64,000 nt of DNA from the human T2T-CHM13v2.0 reference genome, Homo sapiens: assembly GCF_009914755.1 (NCBI RefSeq), contig NC_060933.1; one strand, given 5' to 3'. Of the stretch, positions 1 through 14,775 are shown piece by piece; within the stretch, counting starts at the first letter, position 1, and the number at the start of each line of letters is the position of its first letter. The translations under genes and the position numbers were made by a program. Below the pieces are notes generated by a model. It searched no databases. It was given only the letters and a program-made list of their open reading frames with translations, and was not told the DNA's origin.

Positions 1-262
1 TTATTAGACCATGCAGATTATGGTGATGTGATATTATACCTACAGAAATACAACATAGAATAATATTATAGTTTTTTTAAAAGAGCCTTCTACATGTTGC
101 AAAAATCTGATTTTTAATTTAATAGTACTTTAAGTAATCAAGAACATTTTATAAAGAAACAGCAATGATTAGTATTATAAAGATTATCTGTTTGTTTTAT
201 TAATCATGGAGAAAAGTTGTCACAATACTTGCCCTTTATGATATTTCAATAAGAATCACCTA

Positions 263-629
<367 letters not shown>

Positions 630-869
630 TTAAAAATTTACTTTATACTGCAGATGGTTGGTTCCCATGCCCTGAGAAACACAAGATGCTCCATGGAAAT
701 GCTGATGATTTTACCTTCATAAAACCAGTTTTCATGCCCCAGAAGTCAAGCACGACCTACTCAAAACTTTAGCTCTGCAGTATAGAGGTCTCCTTCTTCT
801 CCAAGATAAGATCTTTTGGGGAAGAAGAGCTTATAAGTTGATCAGAATTTGCTCCCACAAGTTCCAGTG

Positions 870-1010
870 AGCAGAGTAGTAACTGAGAACCCAGGCTTTG
901 TGGCCTTATAAATCTGAATCTACTAGCTGTGTATTCTTGGGAAAGTTACTTAACATCTTGGAGCCTCAATATTCTCATTAAAAAATGAGAATTTAAAAGT
1001 AGCATTGTCA
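870..1010 (+). mobile_element. MIR fragment
   Basis: tactagctgtgtattcttgggaaagttacttaacatcttggagcctcaat resembles the MIR core. Confidence 0.6.
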
Positions 1011-1280
1011 TAGGTACTGATGGCTATGTGGTGTCATGTGATTCTTGGCGCAGGTCCTTCATGACATTGTAACTATTGTTTTAATTGCACCATGCACTAA
1101 CAAATAAAATGTTGTATGAATTAAATAGAGCTAACTTAACTAAAATAGGTGGTAATTAATGAAAAATGCTAATCATAACCAGAAAAAAAATTTATTTTTT
1201 TCTTTTTAAATCAGGATCCCTGATAAAAATCTACCCAGAATACAAATCTACCCAAAATGAGATTATCATCCACAATCTCA

Positions 1281-1597
<317 letters not shown>

Positions 1598-2659
1598 ATA
1601 TTTAAAACTTAGATTTTTAAAAAAGCATTTGATAGCCTGACCAATAACTGGAGAGAGAAAAAGAGATGCTCCAAGAATAAACTATTATATTTTAATTCTC
1701 AAGTCATTTAAATTGATAATTTTATGGGTCCTTGCACATAAACAGCTGAAATGTTAAATCAATTCATTAAAGTGTTCATAAATTCACTAAATGTTCTTAA
1801 TCATCATTAAGCCTTAAACAACCTGTGACATCAAAATGATTACAGAGAAACAGTGATAAATTACTTTGAGTTATCAACTATATATTTAAATACTGGGATA
1901 CTGGTCTAAGTTATCTGGTATTTTAGGGGATATTAAGTATTCCATCTCTAATATAATTTATATTATGTCATGCTTCCCATAAGTTTTTAAACAGAAACTT
2001 TAAGAAAGTGATTATGCACTTAAAAAATCATATCAAGCAATATAAAATCTGAACACCAGATTGGTACAAAATGTGAATATCACATAAAAGTAACCTAGCA
2101 TTGAAAATGAGAAGCTGTTACCCTGTGAAATTATAATGTAAAAACACACTAGATAAAATGCAGTATCTTGAGTATAATCTGTTACAAATTCTGAAATTGT
2201 GTACAAAATGTATATTATATGGATTTTATGACCTCTCCCAAATGTAGACTCTTGACATACCTGGCCTGTAAAAGATATATAGGCTGACAGACCTAGGGGA
2301 AAAAATGCTATGTTCTGAGCCCAATGTGCCTCTTTGGTCCATAAGTATCATTTACAAGAATAATCATGATTCTCTGATTCCAAACTGTTGCCCCCATTAT
2401 GAGCCGATTGCTCATACCTGTGGCACCAGTCACTCCATCAAACCTTTATTCTGGGCTGCACACTCCTGGAAGGAACCATAAAGGAGGTCTGAGGGCAAAT
2501 ATCCTTTGTGTTAGGATCTGGCTCATGTCCACATCCCCCTTGCTGGTGCCATATTCAATCCATGAGGACCTACTGGATTCTAGACCTTAGTAGTAGATAT
2601 AAAATTCCAGAACAGTTTATGGAATTTTACTATGTGGTCCTTCTGTTTCTTAGCATTTT

Positions 2660-2870
2660 TGTCTTAATCAGTTTAGGCTGATATAACAAATTATCATAAA
2701 CTGCGTGGCTTAAACAAGAAATATTTATTTCTCATAGTTCTGGTGGCTGGGAAGTCCAAGATCAAGGCATCAGCATGGTTGAGTTCCAGTAACTGCTGAT
2801 TGGAGACTGCTGATTTCTTATTTTATTCCTACATGGTGGAAAAAGAGCAAGCTAATTCTCTGGCCTCTCC
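2660..2870 (-). mobile_element. MaLR LTR fragment (MLT1/MST type)
   Basis: ttatttctcatagttctggtggctgggaagtccaagatcaagg is a typical MaLR motif. Confidence 0.7.
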
Positions 2871-3304
2871 TGTCAAATTTGTAAAATTTCATATTCAGAC
2901 ATGTAAAAGTTATAATGCTTATTTCAAATTGAGAATCAGTAAGGTGATAGGCATTTTAGCAAGAAACATAATTATCTCCATATATAAACTAATTTTAAAC
3001 ATCACAGTTTATTTTTCCAGGTACTAATTCCTTGGCTCATATAAAATGTATACTTCAGAAAATCTCTTTCCTTGTTTCTGCTTTTTATTCCAATATTATA
3101 ACTTCTCATAAAAAATGAAATAAGATAAATTTAAATGCTGCGTAATTCAGCTATCTGGAAAAGGACATCATTCTTCTGATGACACTGAACATGTAGATGA
3201 GGAATCATAGTGGAGGAAAGCTATCTTAGTGGGACCAAGTATCCCAGTGGTCACAGACTTAAGGGAAGGGATTCAGGATGTTAGTGATGTAGGGGAGGAA
3301 AAAC

Positions 3305-3785
3305 ACCATTTACTTCCACTATCTTTTTGTCCATAGTCAATTTTGTCTGAGAGTAGTGATTGCTTTAGAGGTGAAGAGCTAAGAAAGACAGATTCATCTT
3401 CATTTCTGACCATTTCACCTCCAAATATGCATTAAAAGCACTAGTGTAAACTAATTTTATTACTCTTATCCTCCTGCAAGCCTGGAGGACATTGCCTGTG
3501 TCCCCCACATTGACTTTTTCCAGCAGTTTTTGATTCAATTGTTTCCACCCTGACATAACATAAAAGACAATATGGAACACACAGGTAACATTTATATCCT
3601 GGAAGGCTTTCTCTACCTCAGAGAGATGACAGATGTCTCCATGTATAAAGTTGATTCCTTCCAGAATGGTTTGAGCAGGGATACTTATGTCAAACAGAAT
3701 CATATGGACTCCCTTCTGATTCAGAAACAGCCTAGGCAGAACCCAAAATATCTACCATTTCCTGTAATGACAACAATTTCTTTTT
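3305..3785 (-). pseudogene. SDR42E1: SDR42E1 pseudogene, main body (3beta-HSD-like extended SDR; frameshifts and stops; 3'-truncated)
   Basis: Minus strand reads KEIVVITGNGRYFGFCLG, then after a frameshift LNQKGVHMILFDISIPAQTILEGINFIHGDICHLSEVEKAFQDINVTCVFH...NHYSQTK. This matches recalled SDR42E1 ITGGSGYFGFRLG...VILFDISSPAQTIPEGIKFIQGDIRHLSDVEKAFQD...HYSRTK, including the TGxxGxxG-type and YxxxK motifs. Confidence 0.9.
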
Positions 3786-5494
3786 AAAAAAATAATTTTG
3801 ATTTTATTTTATATTCAGGGGATATAGCTGCAAGTTTTTACACAGGTATGTGGAATAATGCTGATGTTTAGGATATGGATTCCATCACCCAGGTAGTGAG
3901 CATATTACCTAACAGGCAGTTTTTCAACCCATCTCCCCTCCCTCCTGCCCCTTCCAGTAGTTCACAGTGCCTAGTGTTACCATATTTATGTCAATGTGTA
4001 CTCAGTGTTTAGCTTCCACTTACAAGTAAGAACAAGCTGTATTTGGTTTTCCATTCCTATATTATAACAATTTACTTAGGGTTATGGCCTCCAGTTGCAT
4101 CCATGTTTCTGAAAAGGACATGATTTCATTCTTTTTTATGGCTGTGTAGTATTCTGTGGTGTATATGTACTACTACTACATTTTTAAAATTCAATCTACT
4201 GTTGATAAGCACCCAGGTTAATTCCATGTCTTTGCTATTGCGAATAATGCTGTTATGAACATACAAGTGTATGTGTCTTTTTGGTAGAATGATTTATTTT
4301 CCCTTGGGTATATGCCCAATAATGGGATTGGTAGGTTAAATGGTAGTCCTAAGTTCTTTGAGAAATCTTCAATTGCTTTCCACAGTGGCTGAACCAGTTT
4401 ACATTCCCCTCAACAGTTTATAAGCATTCCCTTTTATGCACACACAGCCTCACCAGCATCTGTTGTTTTTTGACCTTTTCATAATAGCCATTCTGACTGG
4501 GGTGAGATGGTATCTTATTGTGGTTTTGATTTGCATTGCTCTGATGATTACTGATGTTGGACATTTTTTCATATGTTTGTTGGCCGCTTGTATGCCTTCT
4601 TTTGAGAAGTATCTGTCCATGTCCTTTGCCCATTTTTTAATGGGGTTATTTGTTTGTTTTTTCTTGATTTGTCTGAGTTCCTCATAGGTTCTGGATATTA
4701 GACCTTTGTTAGATGCATACTTTGCAAATATTTTCTCCTATTATGTAGGTTGTCTGTTTACTGACAGTTTCTTTTGATGAGCAGGAGCTTTTTAGTCTAA
4801 TTAGGTCCCACATGTCAGTGTTTGGTTTTGTTGCAATTGCTTTTGGGGACTTAGCCAAAAATTCTTTGCCAAGGCTGATGTCCAGAATACTGTTTTTCCT
4901 AGGTTTTCTTCCAGGATTCTTATAGTTTGAGGTCATACATTTAAATCTTGAATTCATTTTGAGTTAATGTTTGTATACGATAAAAGGTAGGGGTCCAGTT
5001 TCATTGTTCTGCATATGGCTAGCTAGTTATTTCAGCACTATTTATTGAATAGAGGACCCTTTTCCCATTTTTTTGTGGGCTTTGTCGAAGAGCAGATGGC
5101 TATAGGTGTGCAGAACTGCTTCTGGATTATCTATTCTGTTCCATTCATCTGTCTTTTTTTGTACCAGGACCAAACTGTTTTGCTTACTGTAGCCTTATAG
5201 TATAGTTTGAAGTTGGGTAGTGTGATGCCTCCAGCTTTGTTCTTTTTGCTTAGGATTGCTTTAGCTATTCGGGCTGTTTTTTGGTTCTATATGAATTTTA
5301 GAATAGTTTTTTCTAGTTCTGTGAAAAATGACATTGGTAGTTATAGCATTAAATCTTTAAACTGCTTTGGGCAGCATGGTCATTTTAACAATATTGATTC
5401 TTCCAATCCATCAGCATGGAATTTTTTTTTATTTATTTGTGTCATCTGTGATTTCTTTCAGCAGTGGTTGGCAGTTCTCCTTGTAGAGATCTTT

Positions 5495-6959
5495 TTTCTT
5501 TTTCACATTATGGAACCTTTACTTTTCATGTGATTTCTGTACATAAGGAGTATGAGAGTAACCCTTTCACAAATGAAACTAATCTACTAGAATAAACAAT
5601 GACAAAACTGAACTGGTATTTGATGTAAATCCACAGGCGTTTAAGCTTCAAATTCAGCCAAGAAGTTTGTTACAATCTCTTTCAGCTTTGCATCTGATTC
5701 TTCTGAGATCTTTCCATCAGCCCTGGTAGTGCCCAACAGGGCTTGGTGCCAGCTGACATGAGACAAGAAAGCATTCTCAAACTTTGTAATCTTGCTGGGC
5801 TCCCGTTTATCAAGATAGCCCCTAATACCCACATGGATAACAGCCACTTGTTCTTCAATAGCCATGGGAGTATACTGTCTTTGCTTCAGCAACTCAGTTA
5901 GACACACACCACAACTCAAAAGTTGTTGAGTGGCAGCATCGAGGTCAGAACTGAACTGGGCAAAAGTGGTGACCTCATGATACTGAGCCACTTCCAGCTT
6001 CATGGTACCTGCCACCTGCTTCATAGCCCTGGTTTGGGCAGCAGATCCGACAGGAGACACAGACCGACATGGCAGGGTGGATACCTTTGTAGAACAATTC
6101 TGTTTCCAAGAAGATCTGTCCGTTAGTGACAGAAATTACATTCATTGGAATGTAAGCAGACACATCACCAGTCTGTTTCTATGACTGGCAAAGCAGTCAA
6201 GGAGCCACCACCAAAAGCATTGTTCATCTGGGCTGCTCTCTCCAGCTACTGGGAGTATAGGTAGAACACAACACCAGGATAGGCCTCACAACCAGGGGGT
6301 TGGCAGAGCAACAGAAACATCTGATGGTAAGCAACAGCCTGTTTGGATAAGTTGTCATAGATGGTCAAAGCATGTTTGCCATTGTCTCTAAAATACTCTC
6401 CCATGGAACAGCCAGTGTAAGGAGCCAGTTACTGAAGTGGGGCAGCATCTGAGGCCATAGCTGACACCATGATGGTGTAATTCATGGCATCTGCATCGTA
6501 AGTCTCTTCACCAACTGGGCAACAGTGGATCTCTTTTGACCAATAACAACATAGACACAGTACAGCTTCTTCTTTTCATCAGATCCATCATTGAAACATT
6601 TCTGGTTAATGATTGTGTCAATAGCAATTGAGATTTTCCCAGTCTGTCCATTACCAATAATCAGCTCACACTGACCATGGCCAATTGGCACCAAGCTATT
6701 TACAACCTTAATGCCAGTCTGCATTGGTTCCTGCACTGAAATTCGAGGAATGATTCCAGGGACTTTCAGACCAACTCGCCTATGGGTCTTGGAACCAAAT
6801 GGACCCTTTCCACCAATGCCATTACCAAGGGCATCAACCACATGACCCAACAGCTCCTCACCAACTGGAATGTCCACAATGGCTCCTGTCCTCTTCACTC
6901 TAGCTCCTTCCTTAATTAGTTAATCATTTCCAAACACGACAACACCAACATTGTCAGGT
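5495..6959 (-). pseudogene. ATP5F1A: ATP5F1A (ATP synthase F1 alpha) processed pseudogene, 5'-truncated
   Basis: Intronless PDNVGVVVFGND*LIKEG...[17 protein letters not shown]...GNGQTGKI (degenerate Walker A)...[18 protein letters not shown]; 3'UTR, poly(A) remnant at 5492-5503, TSD ttgtagagatcttt at 5481-5494 and 6960-6973; several frameshifts. Confidence 0.97.
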
Positions 6960-7081
6960 TTGTAGAGATCTTTAACTTTCTTGGTTAGCTGTATTCCTAG
7001 GTATTTCATTTTTGTGTGTGGCTATTGTAAATGGGATTGTGTTCTTGATTTGGCTCTCAGCTTGAACATTATTGGTGTATA

Positions 7082-7619
7082 TGTAACCAGCTCAAGTCCA
7101 GCTGCTCTCCTCTCAGAAGTCAAAGCATGAGAACTGACGTGTGGTGAAAGGAAAGCAACTTTTATTGGTCAAATTCTAGCAGATGGGAGAATGTCTGGGC
7201 ATAAGCCTCAAAAGAGCCATCTCAGCCTTCTGGGCTGAGTGAACGGGTTTAAGAAGGAAAAAGGTGTGGGATATAGACATGAGTAGTGAAAAGGGAGTGC
7301 ATAGCTGCATGTCTTGTTCCCATAGTTATCTCAAGTAATCGCCCATCTAGAGATCTGATTTGCATCATCCTGACTTGGGCGTAACTCCCCTTGAGTGGGA
7401 AGATCTGCGGCCTGGTCTCTCTGCCTGGTTTGTTTCAAAATTGGCTCCTGGAATTTCTAAGCAAGCACATAGTTAGATGAGCAAGCACTGTGCACAGATA
7501 TGCCTGTTGGGAAAGGGCATAACAAAGAGTCTTACACTATAAGGCTACATTCTGAGATTAGGAAGGAAAGGAAAAAAATAGTTTAAAAATGTATTTTGAG
7601 GCTGAGGTACTCAGTTATA
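7082..7619 (-). mobile_element. Solo LTR, ERV1 class (subfamily uncertain), inserted in L1 ORF2
   Basis: tgtaacc...gttata termini; 4-bp TSD tata; removing it restores the L1 sequence ttggtgtatagaaatgc. Confidence 0.75.
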
Positions 7620-7737
7620 TATAGAAATGCTATTGATTTTTGTACATTATTTTTGTACCCTGAAACATTACTGAAGTCATTTAGCAGTTTGACGGGCCTT
7701 TTGGCAGAGTCTTTAGGGTTTTCTAGATATAGAATCA

Positions 7738-8044
<307 letters not shown>

Positions 8045-8100
8045 TCACACTGTCAGTGAAGAGAGATAATTTGACCTCTTCTTTTCCCATGAGGATGTCT

Positions 8101-8262
8101 TTTTTGTTTGTTTGTTTGTTTTTTGTTTTTGTTTTTGTATTTTTAGTAGAGACGGGGTTTCACTGTGTTAGCCAGGATGGTCTCGATCTCCTGACCTCGT
8201 GATCTGCCCACCTCGGCCTCCCAAAGTGCTGGGATTACAGGCGTGAGCCACCACACCCAGCC
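8101..8262 (-). mobile_element. AluY left monomer only, with A-rich tail
   Basis: AluY diagnostic positions in the left arm; right arm absent; TSD gaggatgtctttt/gcggatgtctttt. Confidence 0.88.
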
Positions 8263-10333
8263 GCGGATGTCTTTTATTTCTTCCTCTTGCCTAATTGCTC
8301 TGGCTAGGACTGTTAGTACTACATTGAATAGCAGCAGTGAGAGTAGGCATCATTGTCTTGTTTTTGTTCTTAGGGGGAATGCTTCTGGCTTTTGCCCAGT
8401 CAGTATGATGTTGGCTGTGGGTTTGGTGTAGGTGGCTCTTATTATTTTGAGGTATGAACCTTAGATGCCTAGTTTGTTGAGGGCTTTTATCATGAAGGGA
8501 TGTTGGATTTTATTGAAAGCTCTTTTTGCATCTACTGAGATGATCATATGGGTTTTGCTTTTAATTCTGTTACTCTGGTGGATCACATTTATTGATTTGC
8601 ATATGTTCAACCAGCCTTGCATCCCAGGAGTAAAGCCTGCCTTATTGTGGTAAATTAACTTTTTGATGTGCTGCTGGATTCAGTTTCCTAGTATTTTGTT
8701 GAGAATTTTTGCACCTATGTTCGTTAGGTATATTGGCCTGAAGTTTTCTTTTTTTGTTGTGTCTCTGCCAGATTTTGGTATCAGACTGATTCTGGCTTCG
8801 TAGGGTAAGTTAGAGAGGTACCCTTCCTTTTCAATTTTTTTGAATAGTTTCAATATGACTGGTACCAGTTCTTCTTTTTATGTCTGAGAGAATTTGTCTG
8901 TGAATCCATCTGGTCCAGGGCTTTTCTTTTTCTTTTTCTTTTTTTTCTTTTGTGGTTGGCAGTTTCTTTAATACTGATATAATTTTGGAACTTATTGGTC
9001 TGTTCAAGTTTTCATTTTCTTTCTGGTTCAATATTGGGAGTTTGTGTGTTTCCAGGAATTTATCCATTTTCTCTAGGTTTTCTTAATTTGTGTACATAGA
9101 GCTGTTCATAATAGTCTCTGAGGCTCTTTTGTATTTTTGTGGGATCAGTTGCAATGTCTTCTTTGTCATTTCTGATTGTACTTATTTAGACCTTCTCTTT
9201 TTTTCTTTGTTAATATAGCTAGTGGTTTATTGATCGTTTATTCTTCTGAAGAAAAAACACTTTGTTTCATTGATCTTTTCTATGGATTTTTGTGTCTAAA
9301 TTTCATTCAGTTCTTCTCTAATTTTAGATATTTATTATCTTCTGCTTGCTTTGGGGTTGGCTTTTTTTTTTCTAGTTCCTCTAGTTGCAAAGGTACATTG
9401 TTAATTTGAGACCTTTCTAATTTCTTGCTGAAGGTGCTTAGTGCTATAAACTTTCCTCTTAATACTGTTCTAGCTGTGTCCCAGAGATTTTGGTCAGCTG
9501 TGTCCCTATTTTCATTTATTTCAAAGAATTTTTTTATTTCTTCCTTAATTTTATTGTTCACCGAGGAGTTACTCTGGAACAAGCTGTTCAATTTCCATGT
9601 ATTTGTGTAGTTTTGGGGAGCTAGGACTGGCTTTCAGCTTCATCCTCCAGACCCTTGAGATTGGGCCCCAGCTGTTCTGGGGGATCCAAAGTGCTCCCAG
9701 GCCACCAGGAAGGTACTCAGGTGAAGCAAAGCACCCAGGCTTGGCAGCAGAGGCTACTCTGTGCACACCTCCTGCAGGGTGGCCAGGCAGGGGCCCTGGA
9801 AGTTTCCCAGTCCCACAGGGAAGCCAGCCACACTCTCTCCTGGGCCAGCAATCAGCTGAGGCTAGACCTGCCTGTAGGGAGGTGGGGAGCCCTGGGGGAT
9901 GGGTGTCTAGGCCATGCTCTGCCACAGCTGCCACATGCACAAAAGCTCCTAGGCTCCATGCCAGTGAAGCCCTGTCTCTGCCTACTCTCTTTGAAGATCC
10001 CCCTGCCAGCTCAAATGTCCATGGAGAATGTGAAGTTCTATGTACCTAGGATCCCAGAGGTCCACAGTGAGAGTGGCCTGTCCCTCCATCCCTTCACTTA
10101 TCCCTTCCCCAGGAGGCATTCAGGTCTGGGAACTAGCCCTGTCATGCAAGTATCCTGTGCAGGGTTCCCAGCTTCCTCCCTCTTCAGCCTTGTTGTCTGC
10201 ATCATGTCTGTAATGACTCTCAGCATTTTCTCTCTGAAGATGGGCTCAAAATACGTTGGTTTACTCAATATTTTGGTTTCTGTCAGTGGGAGCAGTGCTT
10301 TCTGGCTGTGTCTAGTTGGCCATCTTGTTATGG

Positions 10334-10400
10334 TAACAATTTCTTTTGGAGATTTTTTGGAGTCCACTTGTGGCAGTCAAAAGATAACTAGACAGTGGTG
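10334..10400 (-). pseudogene. SDR42E1: SDR42E1 pseudogene 5' end (first ~11 codons plus some 5'UTR), separated from the body by an L1
   Basis: GTG at 10367 then DSKKSPKEIV resembles SDR42E1 MDPKRSQKESV; aacaatttctttt is duplicated at about 3772-3784 and 10335-10347 (TSD). Confidence 0.85.
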
Positions 10401-10970
10401 GCAGATGACAACTGGGTCCACAGATTGCACAACGAAGAGTAGCCTGTGGCAGAGAGCTTATTGAAGAAATGGCTGAAAACTTCCCAAATCTGAAAAAGGA
10501 AATGGACAACCAAATTTCAGCAGCTTGAAGGACTCTGTCTAAGATGAACCTAAAGATCCAACACCATGACACATTATAATCAGTCAAAAGTCCAAGACAG
10601 ACAATCTTGAAAGCAGCAAGAGAAAGGTGACTTATATACAAGAGAACTCTCATAAGATTATCAGCAAACTCATCAGCAGGAACATTCCATACTGAAAGGG
10701 AATGGGGTAGTATATTCAAAGGGCTGAAAGAGAAAGAAAACTGCCAACTAAGAATAAACAGCAAATCTCCCCTTCAAAAATGAAGGAGAAATAAAGATCT
10801 TCCCAGATAAACAAAAGCTGAAGAAGTTCGTCACCATTAACCTACCTTGCTAGAATTACTAATGGTAGTCCTTTCAGTTGAAATAAAAGAAAGCTAGATA
10901 CCAACTTGAAAGCATACAAAAGTATAAGGCTCTCTGGTAAAGGTAAACATATAGTCAAATGCAGAATCTA

Positions 10971-11281
<311 letters not shown>

Positions 11282-13715
11282 TGCAGAATCTTGTCATACT
11301 ACAATAGTGGTCCATAAATCATTTTTAAATCAGGTATAAATAAAAGCATAAAAATAACCATAATTATTAAATTATATTAATGGATACAAAATACTAAAAG
11401 TATAATTTGTGACATTGATAATGTAAGGTGAATTGGAGGTAAAAGAGTAGAGGTTTTGTATGCAATTGAATTAAATTTTTAGTTTAAATAAATTGTTATA
11501 GCTATAAGATGTTTTATATAATCCCCATGGTAACTTACAGGGAAAATTGCTATAGAAGACATACCAAAGAAAATAAGAAAGTCCTCAAAGCATATCACTA
11601 CAAAAAAAATCAATGAAACACAAAGGCAGCAAGAGAGGAAAAGAGGGACAAACAACTCTAAGACATACTGAAAACAATTAACAAAATTGCAATAGTAAGT
11701 CCTTCCCCATCAATAACTACTTTAAGAGTGAATGGATTAAACTCCGCAGTCAAAAGACCGAGTGGCAGAATCAATTTTAAAAAGATCCAATTGCATGCTA
11801 TCTACAAGAGATTCACTTAGCTTTGAAAACACACACAGGCTGAAAATGAAGGAATCGAAAAATATATTCCATGCAAGAGGTAACCAAAATAGCAAGGGTG
11901 CCCATACATATATCAGACAAAATAGACATTAAGCTAAAAACTGTCACAAGAGAAAAACAATACACATCGTATTGATGAAAGTGTCAATTCACAGTACAAC
12001 ACTTATAAGTCTATATGCACCAAACAGCAGAGCACCCAAATACATGAAGCAAACATTGATAGAACTGGAGGAAGAATTAGATTAAAAAAAATAATAGGAG
12101 GAGATTACAATACTCTTCTTTCAATAATAAATAGATCAACCGGAAAGAAAAATAATAAGGAAATAAAGGACTTGAACAATACTAAAAGTGAATTGAATCT
12201 AATAGATATATAAACAATATTCCACCCTATGTTAATATACACATTCTTCTCAGGTGCACATAAAACAGTCTCCAAGACAGAACACATATTAGGACACAAA
12301 ACAAGTTTTAACAATTCAAAAAAAAAACTGAAATAAAACCAACTATATTTTCTAATCACCATGAAACTAGAAATCTGGACTAGAAAACGCTGAACCAGAA
12401 AATTCACAAAGATATGGAAATTAAGCAATATACTCTTGAACAACTTGATGAGTCAAGAAATCACTATTTAACAGTATTTTAAAGCAGATGAAAATGAAAA
12501 CACAACACACCAAAACTGTGGCAGTAAATGTTTGTATTTTTAAAAGAAGATCCCCAATCAATAATTGGAGATAATTTTGTATCTCAAAGAACTAGAAAAA
12601 GAATAGCAAACTAAATCCAAAGTTAGTAAAAGGAAGGTCCTAGATTACAGTTAGCAAAAGGAAGGTCATAGATTACAGAAAACATAAATGAAATAGAGAA
12701 TAAATTAAAAAAATAGAAAAATCAATGAAATAAGAGTTTTTTAAAAAAATAAAAAAATTAACAAATTCTTTCAATAAGTAAGAAAATAGAAGTCTAAAGT
12801 AACACAAATCAGAAATGAGACATTAAAAATGAGGACGCAGAAGTAAAAAGATTATGAGAGACTACTATGAACAATACTCCAGTACATTGGATAACTTAGA
12901 AGAAATAAATTCTTAGAAATATACTACCTACCAAGACTGAATTGTGAATAAATTAAAATCTGAACACATCTATAACTTAGGAGATTGAATTAGTAATCAA
13001 AAATCTCCCAATGAAGAAAAGCCCCAGGACTAGATGGTTTCACTGATGAGTTTTACCAAACATTTAAAGAATAGTTAGCATCACTCTTTCTCAAACTCTT
13101 CTGAAAAATTTCAGAAGAAAAAATACTTTCAAACTCATTTTATGAGGCCAGTATTACCTTAATACGAATGCTAAAGAAGGACACCACAAAAAGACTACAC
13201 ACCAATAATCTTGCTAAATATTGATGCAAAAATCCTCAACAAAATATCATAAACTTAATTCAGCAGTACACTATGACCAAGTGGTATTTATTCCTGGGAT
13301 GCAAGGATGGTTCAACATACAAAAATTAGTCAATGCAATACACTATATTAACTGACAGAAAGGTAAAAAAGTCACATGATCATCTCAATTAGTGCAATAA
13401 TAAGCATTTAATAAAATTCAGCACCCTTTCATGTAAAATTCAATAATATAGAAATAAAAGAAAATTACATCAACATATTAAAAGCCCTATAGGTAATGCC
13501 CATAGCTACCATCATACTCAAGCTTTCCCTCTACAAATAGAAACAAGGCAAGCATGCCCAGTCTTGTCACGTCTATTCAACACAGTACTGAAAGTTCTAG
13601 TCAGAGCAATTAGACAAGAAAAAGGAGTAAAAAGCATTCAATTTTGAAAGGAAGAAATAAAATTATCTCTGTTTGCAGATGATATAATCTTACATGTAGA
13701 AAACCTGAAGGATTG

Positions 13716-13743
<28 letters not shown>
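13716..13743. repeat. (CA)n microsatellite
   Basis: About 14 CA units. Confidence 0.95.
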
Positions 13744-13747
<4 letters not shown>

Positions 13748-14488
13748 ACTGTTACAACTAATAAACTAATTCAGTAAAGTTGCAGGAAACAAAATCAACC
13801 CACAAAAATCAGTTGCATTTCTAGACACTAAGAATAAATAATCAGAAAAGGAAATGTTTTTAAATCCCCTTTACAAGAGCATCAAAAAGAATAAAATACT
13901 TAGGAATAAACCCAACCAAAGAGGCAAAAGACCTGTATACTGAATACTCTTAATATTGCTGAAAGTAATTAATGAAGACACGAATAAATATAAAGACATC
14001 CCATGTTCCTGGATTGGAAAAGAATATGGTTACAGTGTTCATACTAACCCCCAAATCTACAGATTCAATGCAGTCCATATAAAAATCTCATTGGAATTTT
14101 TTGCAGAAGCAGAAAAAAAATCCAAAATCCATTAGGAATCTCAAAGTATTCCAAATAGTCAAGACAGTTATGAGAAAGAAAAACAAATCTGGAGGTCTCA
14201 CACTTCTCAAGTTCAAAAAACAGTGTAAAGCTACAGTAATCAAAATAGCATAATACTGGAATAAAGACACACATATAGACCAATGGGCCAGAATAGAGAG
14301 CCCAGAAATAAAGTCTCACACATATGGTAAAATAATCTGCCATAAGGGCATCAAGACTATACAATGGGGAAAAGATAGTGTCTTCAACAAATGGTGCTGA
14401 GAAAACTTGATATTCACATGTAAAATAATGAAGTTAGACCCTTACCTTCCTGTACCTATATATAAAAATCACTTCAGAATGAATTAAC

Positions 14489-14775
14489 GGCTAGGTGCAG
14501 TGGCTCACGCCTGTAATCCCACCACTTTGGGAGGCTGAGGTGGGAGGATCGCTCAAGTCCTGGACAACACTGCAAACCCGTCTCTACAAAAAATGTAAAA
14601 ATTCCCCCGGGTGTGGTGGCACGCACCCTGTAGTGCCACCTACTGGGAGAGGTGGGGGTAAGGCAGGAGGATTGCTTGAGCCCAGAAGGTTGAGGCTGCA
14701 GTCAGCTGTGATGATGCCACTGCACTCCAGCCTGGTTGTCAGAGAGAGACCCTGTCTCAAAACAACAAACAAACC
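14489..14775 (+). mobile_element. AluJ
   Basis: gggaggatcgctc, gattgcttgagccc, gtgatgatgcc; degenerate TSD. Confidence 0.85.

Noticed and set aside
654-805. Plus-strand exon-like segment (ttatactgcag acceptor; GWFPCPEKHKMLHGNADDFTFIKPVFMPQ)
   Set aside because: Isolated, with no clear donor or partner exon in the window and no recognisable product.
5641-6898. ATP synthase alpha ORFs as a functional gene or a NUMT
   Set aside because: 5'-truncated, frameshifted, Walker A degraded, with poly(A) and TSD; the parent gene is nuclear, so this is a retrocopy.
9655-10464. 269-aa plus-strand ORF, the longest in the track
   Set aside because: Antisense to a GC-rich L1 5'UTR, non-ATG start, crosses repeat boundaries; a chance ORF.
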